Source: Seison nebaliae (Eukaryota). Taken from it: 64,000 nt of DNA. Shown here in pieces: positions 1 to 11,512 of this stretch. The notes under the pieces were generated by a model. It made no database searches, was not told where the DNA came from, and saw only the letters and a list, made by a program, of their open reading frames with translations. Each line of letters begins with the position of its first letter. The first letter of the stretch is position 1. The position numbers were made by a program, and so were the translations under genes. The stretch lies in contig JALJEE010002679.1 in NCBI GenBank assembly GCA_023231475.1, positions 1-64,000 on the forward strand. Reading direction: 5' to 3'.

Positions 1-185
1 AATTAGGAGTAGAAGTGTCCGTAACGTTGTTAAAAGGAGTAGAACTGTCCTAAATTGCCAAAAAAGGTGTAGAAGTGTCCTATATTACAGAAAAAAGGAG
101 TAGAAGTGTCCGAAATTCTTCGAAAAGGAGTAGAACTGTCCTTTTTTGAAGGAAAAACCAAAAAGAGTAGAACTGTCCACCATTC
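1..185. mobile_element. Terminus of a foldback/MITE-like DNA element (family A): tandem subterminal GGAGTAGAA(C/G)TGTCC repeats
   Basis: About 6 copies of (G)GAGTAGAA(C/G)TGTCC separated by A/T tracts, ending ...GTCCACCATTC. The same motif recurs at 16140-16238. Truncated by the window edge. Confidence 0.65.
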
Positions 186-2750
186 GAGTGACCAACCAAA
201 AATTCTACATGTCAAACACTTCAAACAATTCGAATGATATCGAAGTGCTTGTTAGATTGAATATGATGGAAATTTCAGATAATCAAATTTTCCTTCGTAT
301 ATAACCAACGGTGATGGTAATCATGATGATGGTGATGCAATGAAGGAAACTAATTAAGGTCATACACTACAAAGTAAATGTTGCTAGTTGATGTTGAAGA
401 GGTGAATGAAAAAAATAGTTATTTATTAGACAAATAAACAATGCAACTTCCTCTTATTTTCGTTTCATACAATTATACTCGTTTTTTAAGGTTGTTCTAT
501 TTGTTTTGTAAATAAATATTTTTCTGTTCATGAAAGCGAACATTTGTTTTCTTTTTTTCCAACAATTTTATGTTAATTGTTATCATAACAATGACCAAGA
601 AGATAGTCTTCTTCTACTTCCTTCTCATTATCAGAATCAAACTATAAAAGTTCCATCTAATCACGTAATAGTGGGAATATATCATTCCTAAATTAAAACT
701 TCCTAAACAATTCTGCCGTTCTCTACAATTCTCATCAAACCGTATTTTTCCCACATGGTTATATAATTTTCCATCATTTCAGATTTAGATTACTTGTTTA
801 CATTTTTCAATATTTTCCGGTCAATCATATATCGAAACTTTCATTATTTGATAATTTATTTTTTTCTATTCATTTACGAGTTTTTACAGTTACGTTTAAA
901 AAATGCTGTTCATCAGAAATTTGTGATTCAATGAACAATAATTGAATTTTATAATATTCATCGTTCGACTATCTGGTGATCATGGAATTTAATTTTAATT
1001 TTAAAGTTTGAAAGTGAATTTGATTTTAACAGAATTTGAAATATTCGAATGGAAGTCGAATTAGATAAAGATATTAAGGAAATTGAATGTTTACGTGAAG
1101 GAATGTGAAATGCTGTAGAAATTACTATCAATTTGAAGGAAGAATAAATTGGTTAATTTTCCAATGATCTGAAATATTGGAATAATTATTATTAATAATT
1201 ATTTATTAAACATTTGTTTGTAACAAATAGAAAGAATGTTCTATTCTCATAATGACAAATTTGTAGATGAGCATTGTAGAATGAAGTGGACTGGTAAAAG
1301 AATGCGCGCATAATTTCGTCGAGATTGTTAGTAGTTGGATATAAACGTGGATATCGTATGAATGACGATATACTTCCATTTCATTTAATTGTTGCATTAT
1401 TCTTATTAAATTTTAAGTTGATTAATGTGTTATTATAATTCTATATTCGGTAGTATAGCTGACTTGTGAGAAAGAAATTATTATTTAAGGATATGATATA
1501 CACATAGTGACACATCATCTTATGGGAGAGGAAAGAAAGAGCTAATAGGTAAATAATTATGATTATTATGACGATCTTTGTTAATATTTAATGACAAAAA
1601 AAGAACGAAGGAAAACATCAGAAAGAATATTAAATGTCCAAAGAGAAATTAAGAGAGACTAACAAAAACAACGTTGGGAGAAGGTAAAAATATATTCCTC
1701 ATTTCTTTCTTCATTTTTCTCAAATTGAATTTCTTGGAAAAAATGTTTGCTACTCGTCTCCCTCTTCATGTTGTTGTTGAATCGATAGTGAAGTTAATTT
1801 CATTTTATTAAACCATAAATCATCATTCATCATTACTTTATTTGGAGTGCGGCGCGACGTATGTGCAGATGAGATCGTGGAGGAGAAGTGTCTCTCCACG
1901 AGAGTTAGATGAATGAGAGAGTTGGAGGATAAGGGAGACAGGAGAAGAATGAGGGGCAGAATAAAGTCTTTGAAATGGCAATCTTCCATTCTTCTAATTA
2001 ACTTCGTATCATTCTATTCGATATTCTTTCGACTTCTTCTCTTACCATTTCATTTCCAATTACATCATATGGAATAATATGTTAATGTACAGGTAATCGT
2101 TATAATGTTTCGTCCATTATTCAATTTCATTTTTCCATCTTTCTTCCATTATTTCGACGAGTTAACATTTGATGCATACGTTTCATTTTTATTAAATTCC
2201 GATTACACATTATGTTACTTTCGTCTTACATACGGAACGTGCGTATAAAACGAAAAAACATTAGACGGAATATAATGGGAATAAGTTTTTTTCGTCTTTA
2301 GAATTAACTTGTAGTTTTCTTGATAAATTAGGTTGTATTAATATTACGGTTGTATTAGAGAGAAGGTCTTCTCGCCTTTCTTCCTTCCTTTTTTTTCCTT
2401 CTCCTTTTCTGAACTCTCAAATAATGATGTAACATTTCTTTTGTTTACATTAAGAGAAATTTATCATTATCGATGTCCATAACTCCTTCCAAATCGAATG
2501 TGTCGATGTGCGTGTATATGTGTGTTTGTGTGTGTATGTGTCTGGAGAGAGGTTGAGAAATATAAATAATTTATAATTTGAAAACATTATCAGCACTGAC
2601 TAAAAGTGACCGAAGAAGCATATTCTTTCACATATCATGTAGGAAGTTATTATGATGAATGAATTTCCAGTTATCGAAAGATAATATCGAGACAATGATA
2701 ATAATTCATTTTACGAATTAATTCTTTCTCATCGAATTAAACGTATTAGG

Positions 2751-2770
2751 TGTGTGTGTGTGTGTGTGTG
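2751..2770. repeat. (TG)n microsatellite
   Basis: tgtgtgtgtgtgtgtgtgtg seen directly. Confidence 0.9.
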
Positions 2771-3768
2771 TAATGAATTCATTGTCAACAAATCATTTGG
2801 AAGAAACGGAACATGTTATTTTAGAGTGACATTTGAAAAAAATGCAAATTTATCTTCACCCATTCATTCCATCATGTACACATATTTGTCTATTTATTGG
2901 GAATATGCATCAGTCTCTTCCATTCAACACACATTGTGTCATACGTATGACGTAATTGTTCAAATGAAATTGTTGCGAAAGCAGTTTTTTACTTCTTCTA
3001 CTCATTATCTTTATTTATTTCATTGCGCTCACTTCAAATTACCATCAATGAATAGAACATGAATGAATACATCTCATAACTGCCATCATCATCTTCCCAT
3101 TATCCTTCTCATCAATATTCCTAATGTTTCTTTTATGATTCGATTAATATAAATCAATCATTCGGGTACATTTTACCCGAGAAAATCGCCTTAATAACAA
3201 CTCAAATCATCTTACATCATGTCACCGAACGGTTAGGATGAATAACATTACTTCCTCGTTAAATTGACGACCCAGTCGTCAGGTCTAGAAAATTCATATT
3301 AATCTTCTCACAACTTGTCAGTTACGAACGTTTCATATGAGAACTTAAGTAAATTTCAACGAAATATTCCCATTTATCATTTCGCCGTTACGACATTACG
3401 ATAACGATGATCTTACGACCTTAACATTCCAATCAATTTTCTTCCATTAATCATTTTCCTGCTTTTTAGTTGTTAATCAGTTTAATGATCTCTCTCAATC
3501 TCGTTACTATGACAACGAATGAAATTTGATTTATAAAGAATTTCATATAAGTGCCAACCCAATTTATTTCCCTCCAAAATGTTCATTAGTAATTTCCTAA
3601 AAGATTTTCACAGTTTGAAAATTTATTTGAATTTTAAGGTTTTCATCTCCCTCAGAATAATAAGGGCGCAACTAGTAGTGTATTACGATTCTTGCACAAT
3701 CTTTCCAATTATAAATTATTACATAAGTTACTGAACACGATTCGTGTTAAGAAAAATTGTAGAAGCGA

Positions 3769-6700
3769 ATGAATATTTATGAGATTGGTATGATAAAAGA
3801 AAATGCGATAATTGAACATATCAACAACATTTTCGAGGAGAAGACGGAGAACATGCTTTTCAACCATCCTCTAACCACAAACGCTGATCGTTTCAGTAAA
3901 GAAGGTGAAATTGGTTTGAGGAGATTAGTCCAGAATTATATAAAGAAATTATCGAAAGACTTTCAACAATTCTGTTCGGAACGTTCACGGAAATGTTTGG
4001 AGAATGCTTTGTGCATCATTTGTCTATTCAATGACGAGTGGACGAAATTGATGAATATTCTTTTGAGAGTGTCGTCGATCTTTCAATTTGATTTTTCATT
4101 TCCATCCATCACCTACAACGGACGAACTATAACGAACGATCAACCACATTCATTATTTTGTGCAAATATTTTCGATCTAATAATTGGAGATTTCTATTCT
4201 CCTCTTATTCAATCGTTGACTGAAGTGAAGAAGAAAAGATTTCTAGATCGAGAATTTCTTCATCTCTCCATCAAAACCATCAATCGACTTCTGATGTTAA
4301 AGACGGTGAAAGAAAAAGGATTCATCGATTTGATGATTAGTCAAACGATAGAAGATTATTCTGATTTGAGAAGGAATGATAAAATCGATTCGGTTTATAA
4401 ACAACTAAAAAAATCGTTTAATTGGGACAGTTGCACAGAATTATTCGAACGTCTTCAAGAAATTTACGAGGTGGAAAATTTCTTCTTAAAAAATTTGCGA
4501 AGTTTCACCCAAACGTCAGGAATGGAATCATTCTATCTATTCGATCATATCAAATATTTGGATGAACAATTTATTTTGTCTGAATTCGATTTCTTCCAAT
4601 TCAACATCTTCACCACAATGTTCATGAAATTATGTGATGGAAGTTATGAGGATAATCGACAATTTTTTAAGAATCTCCGAAATATCGATGAGAATCGTTA
4701 CGCCATTCAACATCATAGAGGACGAAATATTTTAATGATTGATTTCCGATCGATCGAAATGATTGAGAAAGATGATGAGAATCATTTGAAATCCATCAAC
4801 TTCGTTTTTCAATTGTTATTCCGGTTGGATGGAATGAAATTCCTTCAATATTTTTTTGAAGTTGTCGAATTTATTCTTCATTCGTTCACAATTCATATTA
4901 TGTTCCTGTGTGATGAGAAGGTGGAGAGTCTGAAGGGAATGAATAAAGAAATTGAAATGATTCATCAATATATTGTGACGATGCCAATCGAATTCATGAA
5001 ATGCTGGTTGAAATTTAAGCATTATCTTATTCATTTCTCCGAATCATTATTTGAAGAAAGTAGTTTGAATTTAGCACATAAATTGTCATATTCTCTCCAA
5101 AAACGATTATTTAGTAATCTGCCGAAAACCATCAATGAAATCTTACATTACTATCTCAATCAAATCGTCAAACATAAACGGAATCATTTTAAAATTATTA
5201 AACGACCAGAAGAAAATTATCGTCGAATAATCAAAAAGAATATGTCAATTGGAATTCCTGAATTTTTATTCAAACCTGATTTATATGAAAACGGTCTACA
5301 TGAGATTTATGATCATTATTTCAATGAGATTCCTATGCGATATTTCGTCATAACAGAATTCCATTATTATTTCAACGATTTTCTTCATCAATTCATTCTT
5401 CAACAACAAATGGAAGATAATCAGTCGACTGGAGGAAATTTAAAGGAATTCGAAGAAAAGATGAGAAATTATGTCAACATCCTCCACAATTATTCGATGA
5501 TTCATGAAAATTCTCTTTTTCGAACTTATCGTTTACGAATGACAAGTCGATTGATTTTCTGCTTCACTTTCGATTTAGGTAATGTGATTGCTCTGGAGAA
5601 AATGGTTTTGAAGGAATTACAATCGATATTCGGAACGAATAACGTTTCCATTTTATTGAGTTTAGTGGCTGATTTGAAACGAACGATTAAATTGAACAAG
5701 AGTTACAATGACGTCAATCGATTTGAAATGACGAAATTGAGACGAGGAAAAAAGAGGAATCGATTCAATTCGATGATCGATCAAATTAGTCGATTGGCGA
5801 ATTTGGAGAACGAGACAGAATCGAAAAAATTCAAATCGACAAATAATGTGACGATTGAGAAAAGTTTATGTCCTGTACCATTCAATCGAAATAGAACTAC
5901 TTCAGTTAGTGAATCGGAGGTGGTAGAGAAGGAGATTGGAATGGATTTCATCAAAATCCACGAAAATGCTACTCGATCGCCAAAAGTGACTGTATATCTA
6001 TTGAATCTTTATTTTTGGCCAAGTCTCTCTTATAATCGTATAAAAAGAGACGATGAATTGATATTGCCAGGCAACATGGACGTTTATAAGACATTATTTA
6101 AAAAATTTTTGAAATCTTCTGATCGGAGTAATAATTCTAAAAAAATTTATTGGGACCATCCAACGGATGAATTAGAATTGATTTGTCATCAAACGAATGG
6201 TCATCAATCGATTATTTATACGAATATTCATCAAACCATCATTCTTCTCATGTTTGATAAGAATTATACAAATCGTCGTCATGATATGGAAGCGAAGGTG
6301 AATAACGGTTGGATAGACATTGAAGAGATTTGCAAATATTTCAAATATACGAAAGAAGATGTGGAAAGAATTTTACAATCATTCGTAACGTCAGATGAGA
6401 ACTCGAAAAATTTCCTGATGATTCGAAAGGAGAATAGAGTTCGATTAAATGGAAATTTCCAAAATGATGGTGATTTGAATTTGTACAAAAAATTGTTATT
6501 GAGAAGTCACGTAGAGATGGCATATACATTTGGTGAGTTGGATAAACAGAATGATGATTTTAGTAAATTGGAACGTGAAACGAATGACAATCAACCATAC
6601 ATTAGTGACAACGAACGAAATCGAGTAATGGCATCATGGAATGATGATGGAAATCCTTCAAATATCAAACGGCAAATATCGAATCAGAATAGTGGAAGTA

Positions 6701-7338
6701 AATTGGAGAAAATGGAACAGCAATGGATAAGGGAGAAGTTGAAATTGCACATTATCCAATTTTTGAAAAAGAAACAATTGGCTACATTCGTTGAGATGAA
6801 ACAATATCTAATGGATGAGGTGTCGTTATCTGATAATTTTTCCACTGATCGAACTTTATTGAATTTATTAACTTATCTCGAACATATGGAATTCATTTGC
6901 ACCATCAATAATAATGCGACTATCAATCCCAAAATTGAGACAACAGTCGATGTTGAAATGACAAAGAAGGAAGAAGAAATGGAGCAACCGGCCATAATGG
7001 GAGGAGTAGAAGAGGTGGAACGTCGAAGTCGAAGTCGAAGTCGGTCGACAATCTCTTCGTATTCTGATGGTTGTCGTGGTTGTGACGAAAGTATTGAGAG
7101 CTCAGTACAATCATTGGGAATGGTTAATAAAGAAAGTGATGAAGATGATGATGAAGATGATGATGATGATGAAGAGCATGAAGAGGAGGAGGATGTTGAT
7201 GATAAAGATGAAGATGATACGAAAGATGACGATAATGGAGAGTTAACAAATCTTCTAGGAAGGAACGATGATGATTATGAATATGTGATTCAATTGAAGA
7301 GGAATATCAATGAAATCATTTATAAATATATTCCTTGA
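3769..7338 (+). CDS. Highly divergent cullin-family protein, intronless, 1189 aa
   Basis: Cullin-homology motifs in the expected order: FRTYRLRMTSRLI (cf. F..YY...LAKRLL), LEKMVLKELQSIFG...LVADL, VYLLNLYFWP (cf. VLT.G.WP), LILPGNM...FKKF, KKIYW, TNIHQTIILLMFD. C-terminal winged helix: LKLHIIQFLKKK (cf. AAIVRIMK), LEHMEFI, terminal IYKYIP (cf. Y.Y.A). Confidence 0.8.
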   Translation: MNIYEIGMIKENAIIEHINNIFEEKTENMLFNHPLTTNADRFSKEGEIGLRRLVQNYIKKLSKDFQQFCSERSRKCLENALCIICLFNDEWTKLMNILLRVSSIFQFDFSFPSITYNGRTITNDQPHSLFCANIFDLIIGDFYSPLIQSLTEVKKKRFLDREFLHLSIKTINRLLMLKTVKEKGFIDLMISQTIEDYSDLRRNDKIDSVYKQLKKSFNWDSCTELFERLQEIYEVENFFLKNLRSFTQTSGMESFYLFDHIKYLDEQFILSEFDFFQFNIFTTMFMKLCDGSYEDNRQFFKNLRNIDENRYAIQHHRGRNILMIDFRSIEMIEKDDENHLKSINFVFQLLFRLDGMKFLQYFFEVVEFILHSFTIHIMFLCDEKVESLKGMNKEIEMIHQYIVTMPIEFMKCWLKFKHYLIHFSESLFEESSLNLAHKLSYSLQKRLFSNLPKTINEILHYYLNQIVKHKRNHFKIIKRPEENYRRIIKKNMSIGIPEFLFKPDLYENGLHEIYDHYFNEIPMRYFVITEFHYYFNDFLHQFILQQQMEDNQSTGGNLKEFEEKMRNYVNILHNYSMIHENSLFRTYRLRMTSRLIFCFTFDLGNVIALEKMVLKELQSIFGTNNVSILLSLVADLKRTIKLNKSYNDVNRFEMTKLRRGKKRNRFNSMIDQISRLANLENETESKKFKSTNNVTIEKSLCPVPFNRNRTTSVSESEVVEKEIGMDFIKIHENATRSPKVTVYLLNLYFWPSLSYNRIKRDDELILPGNMDVYKTLFKKFLKSSDRSNNSKKIYWDHPTDELELICHQTNGHQSIIYTNIHQTIILLMFDKNYTNRRHDMEAKVNNGWIDIEEICKYFKYTKEDVERILQSFVTSDENSKNFLMIRKENRVRLNGNFQNDGDLNLYKKLLLRSHVEMAYTFGELDKQNDDFSKLERETNDNQPYISDNERNRVMASWNDDGNPSNIKRQISNQNSGSKLEKMEQQWIREKLKLHIIQFLKKKQLATFVEMKQYLMDEVSLSDNFSTDRTLLNLLTYLEHMEFICTINNNATINPKIETTVDVEMTKKEEEMEQPAIMGGVEEVERRSRSRSRSTISSYSDGCRGCDESIESSVQSLGMVNKESDEDDDEDDDDDEEHEEEEDVDDKDEDDTKDDDNGELTNLLGRNDDDYEYVIQLKRNINEIIYKYIP

Positions 7339-10300
7339 AAACATTGCTTTACGATCGATGGGAAATGATAGATGATGAAAGTTGATGTGATTGATGAAAG
7401 ACAATTAGGTTAATCGATACAAATTGAAAGAATATATATATATATATATGTGTGTGCATGAATGAAAAATTAATTATATTCTTATTTTTCTATTTTCCCT
7501 GAAATTTCATTAACTATCCGATCCTTCCTTTTTATACTGACTCTTCACATAATATTGTGGAATCTTTATCGATATATTTTCTGGAGTTTTATTTATTTCC
7601 CGATCTTTCATTTCGTAGAAAATAGATTTATCCGAATGGAGAATCATATATTAATAGAATTTCTGATGAACTTCTTCTCCTCCTCATTCTCCTTTGGAGA
7701 AGGAAAAACTAAAGAAGAGTAACTGTAACGATCATCATAACGATGGTGCATTGTTGTTGATGATGTTTGTTTACTTCATCGTATGTGCTCATGAGTAAGA
7801 TCAATGAGATTGTTAGTTTTCCGTTTGTTAAATTTCTCCGAAAAGTCTCAGAAACAACAGTCATTTCTAAAAAACACTCTTAAAGTTGAAAAGAATTGTT
7901 AATGAAGACCATTATCAAATATCTAATTATTCAGAGGCATCTCGTACCATACGTACACCAGAGACCACCACTGATACAGAGACGTATGTCGGTTTGTGGA
8001 AGAATAGGTGACTGTATTCTTCTAAACCAATGGTGACATAGACGAGAGTACAGTAATTATAGAATCATTCTCTTTCAGAGCATTCCTCGAAAAAAAAAAT
8101 GAATTGTGAACGAATTATATTCATCCCATTTCTGCTTCTTCATCAATTCTACCATTTACTGGATAAGAAGAAGAAGAACAACATCATAAGATGAGCAGGA
8201 GTCGTTGTCGTCATCGTTGCTGTTGTTGTGAGGAGAGTGCATGGAAGAAGAAAAAGAAGAAAGAATTCGTTTTTGAATAACTAAAGTCAGTGACACCGAT
8301 CGGATCACATAACATCATATTTCTACAAATTTATTTCGATACATTTGTTATTCATATGGCTCTTTCTCCTCCTCCATCAAACATACGTGTCACATGAACA
8401 GATGAATAATGATAATTATTATGTATGTTGATATAATGAATGATTTTCAATGAGAAGTGACAATGAAGAATTGAATGAATTCTCCAATTAATTTCATATT
8501 ATTTCCTTCCATCTCTCATCTTCATTTGTTGGTTGCGGGAAATTGTATTCATTCCCTTTCGTACCATTCCCTATCTATCAAAGTCATCTTATCGGTCAAT
8601 TTATTCCTTCTCACCATTCTCCATCCGATTCACTCAATATATTTGGATGTCTAACCATATTCTTTCCTTCTCCTCATACTCACATCACACTTCTTCTCAA
8701 TGAAAATGAAGAATCCGATAAAAACCGACAATTTCTCCTTCACTAAATATCCAGTCACCTACGTATCACCATAAAAATCAAAGGTTACAAAATAAGAATA
8801 AACATTCTCTGAGCACGAAATTAATAGACAATTTTTTTACCTCCACCCATTTATGCAAAGCAATGCAACGATACGAAAATTATATTAGGGCGGGCGTTCC
8901 CAACGTCACAATGATTGAGACAGACGTCTCACGAAAGGTAGGGATCTCCTATCACTGACCGTGTAAGGAAGGAGATCGCTCAAAAAAATAAAAAAAAAGT
9001 GAATTGTAAAAAAATTGAATTGTTCGATATTAAAAACAATGAAATTTTTATTTGATGACCACCAAAAAAAGGAGAAAAATAATTTCTACCACCAAGAATA
9101 ATTAAGAAATATTTAATAGAAGTGAATACAAATTGACATATATCAGTTACTCCGATTCTTATTCGTCATGTTAAGATGCATATATTTCATGTATGTCGGT
9201 ACAAGTGTAGAAAGACATTCCTTTTCAACGAACACTACTTCAGCAGAAAGAAGCGTGAATAAACACATATTCATGTTGCATCACAAATTTTTTACATTCT
9301 CCCTACCAATCGTAGTAGTTGACTTGTATTTCTCTCGACTATTACCCAAGATGGACCACCGTATATTCGGAATTAAAAGTAAATAAGAAAAGGAGGAATG
9401 GTAAGATGATAAGTTGTCTAGATAAGAAGGACAGTGTCTGACTTGGGTGAATTAGAAAGTTGATTCGTTGAATCTTCTGTTGATTAAACATAATTCGTTG
9501 GTGAAAAGAACTCTCCATCATCCAACTTACTAGAAAGATGGAAATTATGCATTGTCGTAAATCGATTTCTTCATCGATCGATGAATTTCTTCAAATTTTC
9601 CTAAACTCTGTTCCATCGAAATTACAACGTTTTATCGCCGAGCAGAAGATGATTATGAATGAAATGATTTTCGATTCTCTCATTGTCTTATTTGTTTTCC
9701 TATTTATTCATTAAACTTCTTAACGTGAATAAATTGATTTTGTTGATCTATGTTTTATTAAGTCATTCAACAATCCTTCCAATTATTTGTCTACACCTCA
9801 TTTACTGCGTCAATAAATGTGTCGCTCTTAACGATTATATCGAATCGAATCATTAATAGAATTATGTTTATTTCTTCATATGTGCAATCAAATATCCTTC
9901 TTCACATGGTACCGAACATAGTACTATACTCAAACTAGTATCTCTCTCTCATATATTTCTTCCTTTATTAATTTCTACATATACATATACATTTATGTGT
10001 GTGTGTATCTATGTGTGTGTGATTTTGTGCGTGTGTGTCGTCATCGTTGATATGAAACGATTCTAAAGCGCACATTTCTCCAGTGGATCCAACGAATCAT
10101 TCCTACTAAACAATTCCTTCTCCCTCTCACAATTACGGAGGGTTTATCTATATCTTCCCGGTAATTAGAATTCTTCGTAATGTACTATAATTTATGTTTC
10201 GAATGAATTTTCATCAGAACTGATTATTTTCTTCAATTTGATTTTCTTTCCATTTTCAAAGTTGTAGCATGGGCCAACGAAAATTTGTTTTTCCTTAAAT

Positions 10301-11512
10301 TTTTTTCCAGTCATCATTCTTCTAGTTGTTGTCAGGAGAGAACATGTTTTGACATGTACCTATTTGGCGGAAGGCCAACAAGCTACATTGGGATATGTAA
10401 TTTCCTTTTTATTCTCACTAAAAAATCAAATTCGAATTGAAAATGTTCGAACAGTTCACTTCACTCAATTTTTCGTTGGCCATTTCTCCCACTGATCGAC
10501 TAGGATGGTATCAATAGATCCACGAATCATAATCGTCGACATGAAAAAATGAGGGGCGTGGAGGAGGAGGAGGTTGGAGGGAGAAGGTTTAATGCCAGAA
10601 CAATGATGATCTGGTTAGAACAGTAGTAGTCTGGTTGATTTAATTCTTGTTTATGTAATGAATGAAGAAAAGATGTAAATAAACGATAATAATAGATAAT
10701 AGTTGGTTGTTGATAATGATGATGATGATGATGATGACATTTAGAAAAGGAGAGGAAGAATGCGTTCTCTTCATGTTCCTTCTGCCTCCTCTATCTTTTG
10801 TATTTGTACATATTTTTTAATGGGTAATTAACTTTTCCGTCACTCTCTCTCACAAAATGAAACAATATTTAAAATTCAACTCTTTTTATTCCATTTCAAT
10901 GTGTTGCCTTCTGCCCATTCCACTTCTCTCCCTTCATCCATCCAATGATCTGCCGCCGCCGCCCCCCAACTACCCAACAATTATTCTGACGTTCCATAAA
11001 TTCTTCTCATTCCTCTTCCTGCCTTCTAATTTTCCTTTTTCTCTCTCACGATCTATTTAGGATCGATATTTCAATTAATCTATTTTGCATTCCAATACCT
11101 CCAATATGACAATGTACATGTGAAGATTATTCCAATTAGAGATGGACAGGAAGAGATATTCCTGTCTTTCCTCTCTAATATTAATTGGGATTTTTACATT
11201 TCTTTTTTCTCCCAAATCAACAAAATGTCTTTTAGTTTTTCCTTCTAATTTCAATTCATCACTTTTCCAACGACAGAATATTACAATCACGAAACATTTC
11301 TTTTTTTAGAATTTTTATTGTCATTTTGTGACTTTTGGCTTGAGGGGCGACGACTACTCTTAATGACATAATCACAATCTGATCGATATATATATATCTT
11401 TATATATATCCACATTTACTTTTCCAACACGACATTTACATCGAATTCAAAAATTCATCGTTAAAACAATTCAGTAAAGTAGACTGCTACCTCAAAATCT
11501 CGATGGATTGAC

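Noticed and set aside
3162..3180. TCGGGTA-CATTT-TACCCGA hairpin near GGTTAGG
   Set aside because: A 7-bp stem is too short to call; possibly a MITE relic but unsupported.
7902..8036. Possible upstream PDE exon (PPLIQRRMS followed by GTT)
   Set aside because: No recognisable homology and no convincing acceptor linking it to 11513.
8905..8945. Hammerhead or HDV-like ribozyme (stem followed by CGAAA)
   Set aside because: No CUGAUGA core, and I could not build the P1/P2/P3 pseudoknot.
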